Of a stretch of 64,000 nucleotides of DNA, positions 19,627 through 30,199 are shown in pieces. Made by a program: the position numbers and the translations under genes. This stretch comes from Spirochaetia bacterium (GTDB lineage Bacteria; Spirochaetota; Spirochaetia; WTKD01; G963693115): contig CBDDCA010000006.1 of the NCBI GenBank assembly GCA_965226055.1, positions 320,001 through 384,000 of the forward strand, read 5' to 3'. Below the pieces are notes generated by a model. It did no database searches. It was not told the DNA's origin and saw nothing but the letters and a program-made list of their open reading frames with translations. How positions within the stretch are numbered: the stretch's first letter is position 1; each line of letters begins with the position of its first letter.

Positions 19627-21405
19627 CTATCTGCGTGATATTACTTCAAAAGAAAAAGAAAGCGGAGGCCCATCAGGCTGATTTAATAACACTCCTCCAA
19701 TGGCAAAACTCGCTTTTGCCATTAAGTCAACTGGTGAGAAAAAATGAAACATGAGTCCCGTTCCTACTGAATGCCGAATATTCTCTTCAATCATATCTAC
19801 ACTATCAGCGGCAGAGCCTACATCATAAAAAGAAAAATTTTCAAGTGCAAAAATGCCAGATCTAAACAAACCGAGCCTATATTCAACGCTTCCCATAAAT
19901 CCTTTTTCTCCTATTGAAACGGTCTCATCATACGCACCTCTACGATAAAGATTGATAAACAGAGTATCATAAAAATAGTTATTCAAATTTACCTTAGCAA
20001 CAAAAGGATTTTTCTCAGATACAAGATTAGTTGCTACTCCTGTTTTTACACGAATTGCCTGATCTATCCCTAAAGTAAACCCAACCTGTGCCTCAAAAGT
20101 TCCTGCTACTATATCATAAAAATCCCCTACTGAAAACTCAGGAACAGTTGACTGCAATACCGTGCCTGCCATATATGGCAATTCAAAATCTATATAATGA
20201 TCATACATCTCAGTAGCACTAAAACTTTGCTTTATAGCTATCGTATTACGAGTATCAAGGGTATACATTCCTTGATTAGGAGCGGGTAATCCTACATGCT
20301 GTATTGCAGCAGTATCATTCTTTGAGTTTTCCAATGTGTAAGTACCCAGCGATCCTATAGCACTACTAAAACGAAAAGGAGCTATAGACACTCCTATATG
20401 TGGCATTATTCCGTACAGTAAGGAATTCCATTTTAACTTACTATCAAGCTGTGGCAACAACCAGTAGAACAATGTAGTAGCACCAAAGTCTAAAAATACT
20501 CTGGAATAAGAATCTTCTGTTGCTCCTACATTGACACCTTCATACACAATAAATTGTTCTACTCTATTAGCTCCAATATGATAGAATGTTCTCAGTCCTG
20601 TAGGATGACGAAGCCCAAAGCCTCCGTATGCATTTCCGCCTGTAAAATTGAACAGAAAGCCTTGTTTCACATTTACAAATACTTTTACTTTATGATGCCC
20701 CATTTCATCTTGTTCATCTAAATAAATATAATCTAAGGCACTTTCACTTACATAAAAATAAGGGGACTGCTTAATATTCTGTAAAGACAAATGCAAGGCA
20801 CGCTTCAAATCAAGTACACTCATACTATCACCTTTACGAAATATAACCTCTTTCATGGCTAGTTCGGGTTTTGTAACATTTTTACTTGGAGCAGAAGAAC
20901 GAGCTCCAGGATTAGTGTATGTCGTATTATCTATACTGAGCGTGATATTACTTATCACTACCATATCTGTATCAGCAAGCGATGAGGTATCCTCACTGTT
21001 TTCCTCTACTTCATCAATCAATTCCAAATCATCAAAAGAGAATTCCTCAATATCATCAAGTTCACTCAATGCATTTTCTTCCACTTCAATATCAGATTCC
21101 TGAGCAGATACTATGAAACTACCATACACATACAAAGCAGTAAACAAAAGCAGCATCCCTTTTCTGCTTCCTATGTTTCTCTTTTTTATTAGGAAAAAAG
21201 ACAAAGATAAAATAATAATTATAGAAATAAACATCATCATACATATAATAATAAAATTATCATTAAAAGTCAAGAACAAAAGCAAAAATCGTAAGATATT
21301 TTTCATAAAATATATAAAAATAGCATTTTCTACAAAAATAATACCAAAAAAAGCAACCTCAAAACAATAAAAATGAATAATAAGGTATTTTTTTATAAAA
21401 AACAT
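19627..21405 (-). CDS. Omp85/TamA-like outer-membrane protein; true start probably well downstream of 21405
   Basis: POTRA-like segment (TKPELAMKEVIFRKGD...VFVNVKQ) and barrel motifs (RRGAY...GSVEYR, FYDVGSA, SVGTGLMF). The first ~55 annotated codons look like AT-rich non-coding DNA. Confidence 0.7.
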   Translation of the reverse strand: MFFIKKYLIIHFYCFEVAFFGIIFVENAIFIYFMKNILRFLLLFLTFNDNFIIICMMMFISIIIILSLSFFLIKKRNIGSRKGMLLLFTALYVYGSFIVSAQESDIEVEENALSELDDIEEFSFDDLELIDEVEENSEDTSSLADTDMVVISNITLSIDNTTYTNPGARSSAPSKNVTKPELAMKEVIFRKGDSMSVLDLKRALHLSLQNIKQSPYFYVSESALDYIYLDEQDEMGHHKVKVFVNVKQGFLFNFTGGNAYGGFGLRHPTGLRTFYHIGANRVEQFIVYEGVNVGATEDSYSRVFLDFGATTLFYWLLPQLDSKLKWNSLLYGIMPHIGVSIAPFRFSSAIGSLGTYTLENSKNDTAAIQHVGLPAPNQGMYTLDTRNTIAIKQSFSATEMYDHYIDFELPYMAGTVLQSTVPEFSVGDFYDIVAGTFEAQVGFTLGIDQAIRVKTGVATNLVSEKNPFVAKVNLNNYFYDTLFINLYRRGAYDETVSIGEKGFMGSVEYRLGLFRSGIFALENFSFYDVGSAADSVDMIEENIRHSVGTGLMFHFFSPVDLMAKASFAIGGVLLNQPDGPPLSFSFEVISRR

Positions 21406-21431
21406 ATAGTTAGTTTATTTACTAACTATAT
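21404..21431. promoter_or_regulatory. 11-bp inverted repeat upstream of the Omp85-Lol-crtI cluster (operator or terminator)
   Basis: ATATAGTTAGT-ttattt-ACTAACTATAT. Confidence 0.45.
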
Positions 21432-21551
21432 ATTAAAGAGTAAATTAAAAAATTATAAAAAATATACTATGATTTGAAAAAATAATGCTTATACCTATTG
21501 TGTGATATAAAAATATGAGATACGATTATAGAGAGAAAACAAAGAGATTAT

Positions 21552-22748
21552 TTATTTTTGTTGAGAACTTCGGAAAAGCTGTGCTCTGCTAGCAATTAAT
21601 TTAGTATTTAATACTATTATTTCATTTTCCTTTATTGCAATAATTTCCTTAGTGAAAAGATCGTCAATAACAGAACTTGCTTTTCTTTCATCAACACCAA
21701 TTCTTACGAGAAAATCTGGTAGAGATAATCTAAGCGGAAATATTTTTTGTAAATCATATCCCGGTACTTTTTCCATAAACATTTGTAAGCCATCATATAT
21801 TTTTTCTTCTGCCGTTTTTAATGAAGCGTTGATAATCTGCCTATAGATAAACCATATTCTGTCTGCAAGTACTGTTGTAATTCTTGTAATAATTTTAGGG
21901 TTTCTTTGTACCAATAATGGAAATGTTTGATGATTTATCACCAATAACTCACTTTCGGATGTTGTAATGGCAGAGGCTGTCCTAGGTTTACTTTCCAGAA
22001 GTGCCATCTCCCCAAATAAGTCCCCTTTTTTTAACATTGCAAATATTAGTTCAGAATCATTAGAGATTTTACAAATCTTTACGTTTCCTTCTTGAATAAA
22101 GAACATTGTGTTCCCTTGCAATCCTTCCGCTACAACCATAGTGTTCTTTGGAATCTTTATTGTGCCAGAAGAGGCTTCTTTTACTGTTTTTTTCTGCTCT
22201 TCTGAGAGCTGCGAAATAATAGCATCATGACGTTCCATAGCCTTTTGTGAAAGAGGATTGTCTGGGTTTTGTTGTGCAAGATTAAAGTATGTAAAACAAG
22301 CACTCTGTATTTCTTCATTGGCATCATAATACGATGCTACATCAAACACATGTTGCAAGGAAGGAGCGGTATTTGTTGATTGAAATGATATTTTAGCTAA
22401 AATATGATCAAGAACGCGCATTTTATTTGAAAAGGATCTAATAAATTTCTCAACAAGCGAAGGTCTTTTTTGTATGAGAACATCAAACATATTTTTTTCA
22501 ATAGTTAAAATGACAACATCTGTCTTCGCTATAGCTGTTGATAAGCGCTTATATCCTGTTAATCCAGATTCAACTTCAAAAAAATCACCGGTATTTAGTA
22601 CTTCTCGTGAAAGATCTTTTACTGTAGAGATCCTAGTAAGTAATACCTGTCCTTCTTGAATAATATAGAAACTGCCATTACTTTTCTCACCTTCTACTAC
22701 AATGTATGAACCTTGATTATATCTTGTTGTTTTTACCGCTTCACTCAT
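21552..22748 (-). CDS. Crp/Fnr-family protein with two cNMP-binding domains
   Basis: FYIIQEGQV...GDFFE and MFFIQEGNVKI...GDLFGEMALLESKPRTASA; possible C-terminal HTH. Confidence 0.88.
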   Translation of the reverse strand: MSEAVKTTRYNQGSYIVVEGEKSNGSFYIIQEGQVLLTRISTVKDLSREVLNTGDFFEVESGLTGYKRLSTAIAKTDVVILTIEKNMFDVLIQKRPSLVEKFIRSFSNKMRVLDHILAKISFQSTNTAPSLQHVFDVASYYDANEEIQSACFTYFNLAQQNPDNPLSQKAMERHDAIISQLSEEQKKTVKEASSGTIKIPKNTMVVAEGLQGNTMFFIQEGNVKICKISNDSELIFAMLKKGDLFGEMALLESKPRTASAITTSESELLVINHQTFPLLVQRNPKIITRITTVLADRIWFIYRQIINASLKTAEEKIYDGLQMFMEKVPGYDLQKIFPLRLSLPDFLVRIGVDERKASSVIDDLFTKEIIAIKENEIIVLNTKLIASRAQLFRSSQQK

Positions 22749-22810
22749 GAATTATTTATTGTTTCCCTTTGTTCTCTATACAAAATAATTATATATAGTA
22801 TTCTTTATAA

Positions 22811-24121
22811 TTAGCTTGTATACATAGGAAATCTACTTGTTAACTGGAGTACTGATTTTCCAACAGAATCAATAACACTTTGCTCTCCCTTACTAGACAC
22901 CACAGTAATGATATACTCAGCTATCTCCTGCATTTCTTTTTCTTTCATCCCTCTTGTTGTAAGTGCCTGAACACCAAAACGTATTCCTGAACATACAAAT
23001 GGTGATTCTGTATCAAAAGGAATACCATTTTTATTGGCAGTGATATTTGCATCATCAAGCCAGTTTCCTGCAGCTTTTCCAGTAACATTATATGACGATT
23101 TCACATCTGCTAACATGAGATGATTATCGGTTCCACCACTTACAATACGCATACCCCCGCTCTTTAAATGTTCGGCTAGCGCTTTTGCATTCTTTACTAT
23201 TTGTTGTTGATATGTCTTAAAATTTTCACTTAACGCCTCTTTAAATGAGACGGCTTTTGCTGCAATGATATGCATAAGTGGCCCACCTTGCAATCCAGGA
23301 ATTGTAGCAGAGTTAATAAGTGAAGAATATTTTTTTACTTTCCTTTCCGTTCCAACAGGATATTCCTTGTCTTTTCCTGCTAGTATTAAGCCTCCTCTTG
23401 CTCCCCTTAACGTTTTATGAGTGGTAGTAGTAACTACATCCGCATGCATAATAGGAGATGGATGCAACCCTGTTGCAACAAGTCCAGATATATGAGCTAT
23501 ATCTGCAAGAAGAAGCGCACCAACTTCTTTTGCTATATTTGCAAATTTTTCAAAATCAATAACACGAGAATAGGCAGAAGCTCCTGCTATAATCAGTTTC
23601 GGTCTGTGTTCTTTTGCTAAACGTAAAATTTCATCATAGTTCAATAGTTCTGTTTCTCTATCAACCCCATAATGTACTGCTTTGTATATTTTTCCCGTAA
23701 GACTCACACTTGATCCATGCGTGAGGTGTCCTCCATGTGCTAAATCCATCCCCATAATACAATCGCCTGCATTAAGAAATGCTGAGTATGCTGCTACATT
23801 TGCTGAACTTCCAGAATGAGGTTGTACATTCGCATACTCAGCACCGAAAAGCTTTTTTGCTCGTTCTATAGCAAGGTATTCAACTTGATCAATTACCTCA
23901 CAGCCACCGTAATAGCGATTACCATAATATCCTTCAGCATACTTATTGGTCAATACCGAAGATGCTGCTTCTAATACTGCCCGACTTACAAAATTTTCAC
24001 TGGCAATCATCTCCAGTTTATTTCGTTGACGCAGTTCTTCTTTATGTATAAGATCATATATTTCTGAATCAGCTTCAGATAATGGTAATTGTTTTTCATT
24101 ATATTTCTGGTGTATACTCAT
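22811..24121 (-). CDS. glyA: Serine hydroxymethyltransferase
   Basis: [38 protein letters not shown]. Confidence 0.97.
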   Translation of the reverse strand: MSIHQKYNEKQLPLSEADSEIYDLIHKEELRQRNKLEMIASENFVSRAVLEAASSVLTNKYAEGYYGNRYYGGCEVIDQVEYLAIERAKKLFGAEYANVQPHSGSSANVAAYSAFLNAGDCIMGMDLAHGGHLTHGSSVSLTGKIYKAVHYGVDRETELLNYDEILRLAKEHRPKLIIAGASAYSRVIDFEKFANIAKEVGALLLADIAHISGLVATGLHPSPIMHADVVTTTTHKTLRGARGGLILAGKDKEYPVGTERKVKKYSSLINSATIPGLQGGPLMHIIAAKAVSFKEALSENFKTYQQQIVKNAKALAEHLKSGGMRIVSGGTDNHLMLADVKSSYNVTGKAAGNWLDDANITANKNGIPFDTESPFVCSGIRFGVQALTTRGMKEKEMQEIAEYIITVVSSKGEQSVIDSVGKSVLQLTSRFPMYTS

Positions 24122-24197
24122 AGTTCTATTATACAGTATTTTTACAATTTTTGTTCGTACAGTTGCAGAGAAACCACTACTACAATATCATAAATAT

Positions 24198-26150
24198 ATG
24201 TCTCTTACAACAACAGTGAGCTTGCTCTGTAAGCAACTGCAAGTAGATGCATGTTTCATACTGGGAAGTGATTTGCATGCACTTGAAAACCCCGTGTTTC
24301 CTTTTCACTTTCGACATATGTTGAGTGGATTTACAGGATCTGCAGGGACCCTTGTGTGTACTTCTACAGGAGAGCATATGCTGTTTTCCGATGGACGTTA
24401 CGAACAAGCATTACAGAGACAGAAATTACCGTATCATATCAGATCTGAGAGAGATTGGGATAGTCAAATGATGTGGCTGAGTCAACACAAAAACATTCAT
24501 AGAGTCGGACTGTGCAGCTATCAATGTAATCATACACAGTTCTCCTCTCTCCGTATGCTTGCAAAAAAAGCATCGTTCTTACTGATACCACTTTCATTAC
24601 AAAAGCTCATCATAGCAAGTATACACGCAAGTAGCAAATATGCACGCTATTACGAACACTATGACTATAGCCTAAAAAAAACTACACACTCCACAGAGAG
24701 TACTGTATGTATTCCATTACCCAAACAATTAGTACTGACTCATCCTCATAGTATTCATGACAGGACTGTAATTTCTAGCACTCTCTCACACAATACAATA
24801 AGCCCTCTACAGCGTATTATATCATTCTTACAGAAACAAAACCTTACGGCTTATTTTACTACTCAGCTCCATGAAATTGCATATCTTCTAGGGGTACGCG
24901 GAAACATGCAAGAGTATATGCTATTTCCTGCAATGATGCTTTTATGTATGGAACATCCTTTAGAACAGGAACATATAACCACAGATACCGTACAAAAGAT
25001 GAACATAAAGATAGTGCTATGGATACCACAAAAGATGCAACATACAAAAAATATACACATAATACAAAAACAGATACGGTTACAATTAAACACATCTATA
25101 CCACTCATTATTAAACACTATGAAGAAGCATTATATAATATGCCTGAACACATATACCCATTCTTCACACAAACATCATCGGTTGCTGTTGATACTTCTA
25201 TCGTACCCAGCGTGATATGTAACACTATGAATGTATCAAAGTATAAAAAAAATATAAAAAAAATTATATCTCCTATAAAAAAATGGCGTTCAATATATGC
25301 TCCTTCCCATATTCGTTCTCTTAAAAAAGTACTCACATTTGATACTATTGCCCTATTAGAAAGTGTTGCTCTTATGTACGCTCATTTACAACAAAACACT
25401 ACGATAACAGAATCTCAAGTAGAGGACTACCTATTACAATATAAAAAACAATGTCCTCAGTTTGTTCAATCTAGCTTTAACACTATAGCTGCTGTGGGCA
25501 AAAATAGCACACTGCCTCATTATAATCCAAACAAAAGCAGAAAAAAATTGTCTATACAACAACCTTTGCTCATTGACTGTGGTTCACACTATAGGTTTGG
25601 TACTACCGATATCACTCGAGTGTTTTACTTTGACAACAGCCCTCCACCCTTACTTGTAGAAGATTATACTCTTGTCTTAAAAGCTCATATTACCCTTGTA
25701 CTTTCACAGTTTTCCTCTCAAACAACAGGAAAAAAAATTGATGCAAAAATAAAGAAAGTATTTGCACACTATGAAAGAACATGTAACCACGGTATTGGAC
25801 ATGGAGTAGGATTTTGTAGCGATGTACATGACGGATATTTTACTATCGGACAACATTCATCAAGTACTCCTGCAGATTCTCTTGTACTGAGCAATGAACC
25901 AGGATATTATCGAATTGGGAAATGGGGCATACGACTTGAAAACCTCATAATGTCCCATATCAAAGATACAACCCTCACATTCTCAACTTTAACCTATTTT
26001 CCTTTTCAAGAAACCCTTATTGATAGATCTCTTCTTACAGTACAAGAGATACAATGGCTTGATACATACCAAAGAGCATGTAAAAAAAACTATATGCACA
26101 CTCTCAGTAAACGAGCAAAAGCATTTCTTACTATGCTGATACAGTGCTAG
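24198..26150 (+). CDS. Xaa-Pro aminopeptidase (M24B)
   Basis: SGFTGSAG, DGRY, IDCGSHY..GTTDITR, HGIGHGVG, SNEPGYY, GIRLEN. Confidence 0.9.
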   Translation: MSLTTTVSLLCKQLQVDACFILGSDLHALENPVFPFHFRHMLSGFTGSAGTLVCTSTGEHMLFSDGRYEQALQRQKLPYHIRSERDWDSQMMWLSQHKNIHRVGLCSYQCNHTQFSSLRMLAKKASFLLIPLSLQKLIIASIHASSKYARYYEHYDYSLKKTTHSTESTVCIPLPKQLVLTHPHSIHDRTVISSTLSHNTISPLQRIISFLQKQNLTAYFTTQLHEIAYLLGVRGNMQEYMLFPAMMLLCMEHPLEQEHITTDTVQKMNIKIVLWIPQKMQHTKNIHIIQKQIRLQLNTSIPLIIKHYEEALYNMPEHIYPFFTQTSSVAVDTSIVPSVICNTMNVSKYKKNIKKIISPIKKWRSIYAPSHIRSLKKVLTFDTIALLESVALMYAHLQQNTTITESQVEDYLLQYKKQCPQFVQSSFNTIAAVGKNSTLPHYNPNKSRKKLSIQQPLLIDCGSHYRFGTTDITRVFYFDNSPPPLLVEDYTLVLKAHITLVLSQFSSQTTGKKIDAKIKKVFAHYERTCNHGIGHGVGFCSDVHDGYFTIGQHSSSTPADSLVLSNEPGYYRIGKWGIRLENLIMSHIKDTTLTFSTLTYFPFQETLIDRSLLTVQEIQWLDTYQRACKKNYMHTLSKRAKAFLTMLIQC

Positions 26151-26164
26151 TATAATTATTATAG

Positions 26165-27484
26165 TTATCGTACAGGAACGATGAAAGGATAGAGCTTTAC
26201 CTTTTCGAGCTTGAATTTTTCATATATTGCATCAACATTCAAGCCATCTCTCGGTGGTAGGTGTGGAGGGGCATCTCCTACTAAAAAGACAATACGTTCT
26301 TGTGATAACCATGTAAAATTTTCCGCAGCTACTTTCATTGCTTCATGCACTGATTCAGGCCAATCGCCTCCGTGTATTGCTCGTGCTACTCCTAATTTTT
26401 TCTGTAAAAGAGGAAGCTGACTTTTATCAATAAAGTTAATTTCACTAATTTCGTATTCATTATCATCTTTGTCTCTATAATATACAAGCCCCATTCTAAA
26501 ACTCCTATCACTTAGTTTACTTTGTAGCAAAGGAACAAGCGAAGACTTAACAGCAGTAATATCATCCCACATGCTCTTTGTTGTATCAAGAAGAACAATA
26601 ACATCTATAGACTTTTCTGGATCCACATCTTGCATAATAGCGACAATACTCTTAGGAATATCAATGCTTCTTTCTATAAATAGAGGGGTGGTATTCATTC
26701 TTTCTGCAATTTCAGTAAAAGCATCTACTGTTTCATCAGAATATCGCGAGGTATCTTGAAACAATAAGAGTTTAGAAAGTTCTCTATTAGTAGTAACAAT
26801 ATTATTATCTCTTGCTATACTCGTGTCAATATCTTCCTCTGCTTCTTCTCCTATTGGCAAAGTACCTATCACAGATGGAGGGGCACTAGGAACAGCTTTT
26901 GGTTTCACTAACTTCTCTATGAATGGTATTTCAGGAGGCTCTGCAACTGCATCTATTTTTCTAATATAAAAAGAATTATCTGCGTATTCTCCCGAATAAT
27001 CTGCGTAGGAATATTCAAATGTTCTAATGTTTATAACATTTGTGCCTCTTGTAAAATCAAGAGTTCCATTGCGAGTACTCTTATAGCCATATGTTACTTG
27101 GTATGGCAAAAATAATATAAATGCTTCTTGTAAGAATGTATCATCAAAAACAACACTACTATCAATAATAAAATAACCATCGCGTAATTGAATGTACTGC
27201 CCATTTAGTAAACGTCTCTCATCAGAGTTATAGATATTGTATTCAGATGTCTGTAATGCATAGGTATTAACATCTAAGTTAATGGGGTTTTCAGCAGATT
27301 CAGTAAGCATTACAGAACCAATGCCAGACTTAGCTCGTACATATATGAGTAAGCCTTCATCATTAGGACTTTCTTCTACTCTTACATCACTAGCACTTAA
27401 TAGTAGCTGAGGGGACACTTTTTGAGCAAACAATGTTGATATTATTCCTACTAGCAGTAAGGTACTTATTATTACAATCCTCAT
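26165..27484 (-). CDS. Exported von Willebrand factor A domain protein
   Basis: Signal peptide; MIDAS-like LDTTKSM, YYRD, GGDWPESV, LVGDAPPH. Confidence 0.85.
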   Translation of the reverse strand: MRIVIISTLLLVGIISTLFAQKVSPQLLLSASDVRVEESPNDEGLLIYVRAKSGIGSVMLTESAENPINLDVNTYALQTSEYNIYNSDERRLLNGQYIQLRDGYFIIDSSVVFDDTFLQEAFILFLPYQVTYGYKSTRNGTLDFTRGTNVINIRTFEYSYADYSGEYADNSFYIRKIDAVAEPPEIPFIEKLVKPKAVPSAPPSVIGTLPIGEEAEEDIDTSIARDNNIVTTNRELSKLLLFQDTSRYSDETVDAFTEIAERMNTTPLFIERSIDIPKSIVAIMQDVDPEKSIDVIVLLDTTKSMWDDITAVKSSLVPLLQSKLSDRSFRMGLVYYRDKDDNEYEISEINFIDKSQLPLLQKKLGVARAIHGGDWPESVHEAMKVAAENFTWLSQERIVFLVGDAPPHLPPRDGLNVDAIYEKFKLEKVKLYPFIVPVR

Positions 27485-27615
27485 CTGTATATCATTTTCG
27501 GCATATTTTTGACAAATAATTATGCATAATTAAAAATAAACAAGCATATTCTGTACATATAATATAGCTATAGTATCTTTTCCATAAAAAAGACATATTT
27601 TGTTATAATAAACAT

Positions 27616-29910
27616 ATGATATTAACAAATAACTATATTAGTAACTTTTATAATGAGTTACATCATAAATACAAGCAGCTACGAAACTTTCATCGTACTC
27701 CTCTCACTTTTGCAGAAAAGATATTACTTACTCATACATTTTCTGAGATACAAGAGAACGGTCCAGTACGAGGAAAAGAGCATGCATATTTTCGCCCTGA
27801 TAGAGTAATTATGCAAGATGCTACTGCTCAAATGGCATTGTTGCAATTTATGCAATCAAAACTAAAAAAAGTTACTTTACCAGCGAGTGTTCACTGTGAT
27901 CACCTTATTCTTGCAAAGCAAAATGCATTACTTGATTTAGATAATGCAAAAGTACAAAATAAAGAAATATATGATTTCTTACTGAGTGTATGCCAGAAAT
28001 ACGGACTTGATTTCTGGGAACCGGGAGCGGGCATTATTCATCAAGTAACCTTAGAAAACTATGCTCTTCCAGGCATGATGATTATTGGTACTGACTCGCA
28101 TACTCCAAATGCAGGGGGCATGGGAAGCATTGCAGTAGGAGTTGGTGGTGCTGATGCAGTTGATGCTCTTGTTGGTATGCCATGGGAACTGCTGATGCCT
28201 CGACTTATTGGAGTGAAGCTCACTGGCACCTTATCAAAATGGTGTTCCCCTAAAGATATTATCTTAAAACTTGCAGGAGAACTTACCGTAAAAGGAGGTA
28301 CAGGGTATATCATTGAATACTTTGGAGAAGGAGTACAATCGCTTTCTTGTACTGGGCGTGCAACTATAGGGAACATGGGGGCCGAAGTTGGTGCTACTAC
28401 CTCTCTCTTTCCTGTGGATAGCAATGTATTAGAATACCTTTCTCTCACTGATAGAGCAAAAGCAGCTGAGCTTGCTTCTCAATATAGTGATATATTACAG
28501 GCTGATGCTGAAGTAACACAAAACCCAAAAGATTTTTATGACAAAGTTATAGAGATACACCTTGATAGTTTAGAGCCTTTTATTAACGGTCCTTATTCAC
28601 CTGACAAAGCAACTCCTATTTCGGAATTTGCTGACTTTATACAAAAGAACAATTATCCTACAAAAGTAAGTGCTGCACTTATAGGATCTTGCACTAACTC
28701 TTCATATGAAGACCTTAGTCGTGTACATTCCCTCCTTGTACAAGCACAACAAAAACAATTACCACTACAATCTCCTCTATGGCTCTCTCCTGGATCAGAA
28801 AATATTTATGATATTATCAAAAACAATGGCTATCTTTCCTTATTTGAAAGTTTTGGTACAAATGTATTGGCAAATGCTTGTGGTCCTTGTATTGGTCAAT
28901 GGAAACGTACTGATATACAAGAAGAAGAAGCTAACTCTATTATCAATTCTTTTAATCGCAATTTTGCAAAACGTGCTGATGGTAACCCAAATACTCATTC
29001 ATTTGTAACTTCACCAGAAATTGTAACGGCTATGGCGTTATCTGGTACATTGCTTTTTAATCCACTTACTGATACAATAAAGAACAAACAGAATGAAGAT
29101 GTATTTCTTACCCCTCCTGGAACAGTAGCTCCTCCATCAAAGGAACTGTTACAGATGATATTCGGAAATAAACCGAAAGGCTTCATACCAGAACTCTCTG
29201 ACGAACAAACACAAAACAAAATTGAAGTAAATATAGCGAAAGATTCAGAGCGTCTTCAAGCACTTGCTCCGTTTGATGTTTGGGATGGCAAAGATTTTTC
29301 TCATCTTCATTTGCTCATTAAAGCAAAAGGAAAGTGTACTACCGATCACATATCAATGGCTGGTCCTTGGCTACGCTATCGTGGACACTTAGAAAATATA
29401 TCACGAAATCTTCTTATTGGAGCAGTAAATGCGTTCAATGATAAAACAAACTATATATACAATCCCATAAAACAAGAATATCAACAAGTGGAAAAAGTTA
29501 CCGCTGACTATAAAACAGCACATAAAAGCCTTATCATCGTTGGTGACGAAAACTATGGAGAAGGATCTTCTCGAGAGCATGCTGCTATGGAACCACGATT
29601 CATGGGAGTCAAAGTGGTGTTAGTAAAATCTTTTGCTCGTATTCATGAGACAAATCTAAAAAAACAGGGTATTCTTCCTTTATTGTTTATTGACAGTGCA
29701 GATTATGAAAAAATACAAGAACATGACATTATTGATGTGAGCGGGGTTAGTACTATCACTCCTAATTCCATCGTTAGCGTTACCTTGCATCATACCGATG
29801 GAAGTTCTGAATTGATTGAAACAAGGCATACCATGAACAATGCTCAAATAGAATGGTTCAAAAATGGTTCTGCTCTTAATGTAATAAAAAACACCTTACA
29901 GACACCATAA
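27616..29910 (+). CDS. acnA: Aconitate hydratase (mitochondrial-like type)
   Basis: DRVIMQDATAQMA, HCDHLI, GTDSHTPN, IGSCTNSSYED, NACGPCIGQW, TTDHIS, GSSREHAA. Confidence 0.95.
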   Translation: MILTNNYISNFYNELHHKYKQLRNFHRTPLTFAEKILLTHTFSEIQENGPVRGKEHAYFRPDRVIMQDATAQMALLQFMQSKLKKVTLPASVHCDHLILAKQNALLDLDNAKVQNKEIYDFLLSVCQKYGLDFWEPGAGIIHQVTLENYALPGMMIIGTDSHTPNAGGMGSIAVGVGGADAVDALVGMPWELLMPRLIGVKLTGTLSKWCSPKDIILKLAGELTVKGGTGYIIEYFGEGVQSLSCTGRATIGNMGAEVGATTSLFPVDSNVLEYLSLTDRAKAAELASQYSDILQADAEVTQNPKDFYDKVIEIHLDSLEPFINGPYSPDKATPISEFADFIQKNNYPTKVSAALIGSCTNSSYEDLSRVHSLLVQAQQKQLPLQSPLWLSPGSENIYDIIKNNGYLSLFESFGTNVLANACGPCIGQWKRTDIQEEEANSIINSFNRNFAKRADGNPNTHSFVTSPEIVTAMALSGTLLFNPLTDTIKNKQNEDVFLTPPGTVAPPSKELLQMIFGNKPKGFIPELSDEQTQNKIEVNIAKDSERLQALAPFDVWDGKDFSHLHLLIKAKGKCTTDHISMAGPWLRYRGHLENISRNLLIGAVNAFNDKTNYIYNPIKQEYQQVEKVTADYKTAHKSLIIVGDENYGEGSSREHAAMEPRFMGVKVVLVKSFARIHETNLKKQGILPLLFIDSADYEKIQEHDIIDVSGVSTITPNSIVSVTLHHTDGSSELIETRHTMNNAQIEWFKNGSALNVIKNTLQTP

Positions 29911-29928
29911 TTTGTTATAATGGTGGTA

Positions 29929-30015
29929 GGAGAGGTGACCGAGTGGCTTAAGGAGCACGCTTGGAAAGCGTGTGTACTTGAAAAAGTACCGAGGGTTCGA
30001 ATCCCTCTCTCTCCG
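29929..30015 (+). tRNA. tRNA-Ser(GGA), CCA not encoded
   Basis: GGAGAGG/TCTCTCC acceptor stem, CACGC-TTGGAAA-GCGTG anticodon arm, long variable arm, GGTTCGAATCC. Confidence 0.96.
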
Positions 30016-30017
30016 TT

Positions 30018-30144
30018 GGGGCTTTTTAACGACTTGCCAGAGCATTGTTCGTTATACATATCAAATCCCGTCAGATCTGGAAAGAAGCAGCGGTAGATAT
30101 AGTGTAATGGTACAGTTGAATTCGGGCATGAGTTGAAAAGCTCT
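30018..30144 (+). ncRNA. ffs: Signal recognition particle RNA (4.5S)
   Basis: TCAGATCTGGAAAGAAGCAGC matches the SRP domain IV motif; ends pair (GGGGCTTTTTAAC/GTTGAAAAGCTCT); located upstream of dnaX. Confidence 0.88.
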
Positions 30145-30199
30145 TTATTTTATAGTACGCTCATGTATATGATTTCTTATTATGATACCATAAATATAG

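Noticed and set aside
21240-21405. Long hydrophobic N-terminal extension of the Omp85-like ORF
   Set aside because: F/I/L-rich translation of AT-rich intergenic DNA; a signal peptide ending VSA-QE lies further downstream.
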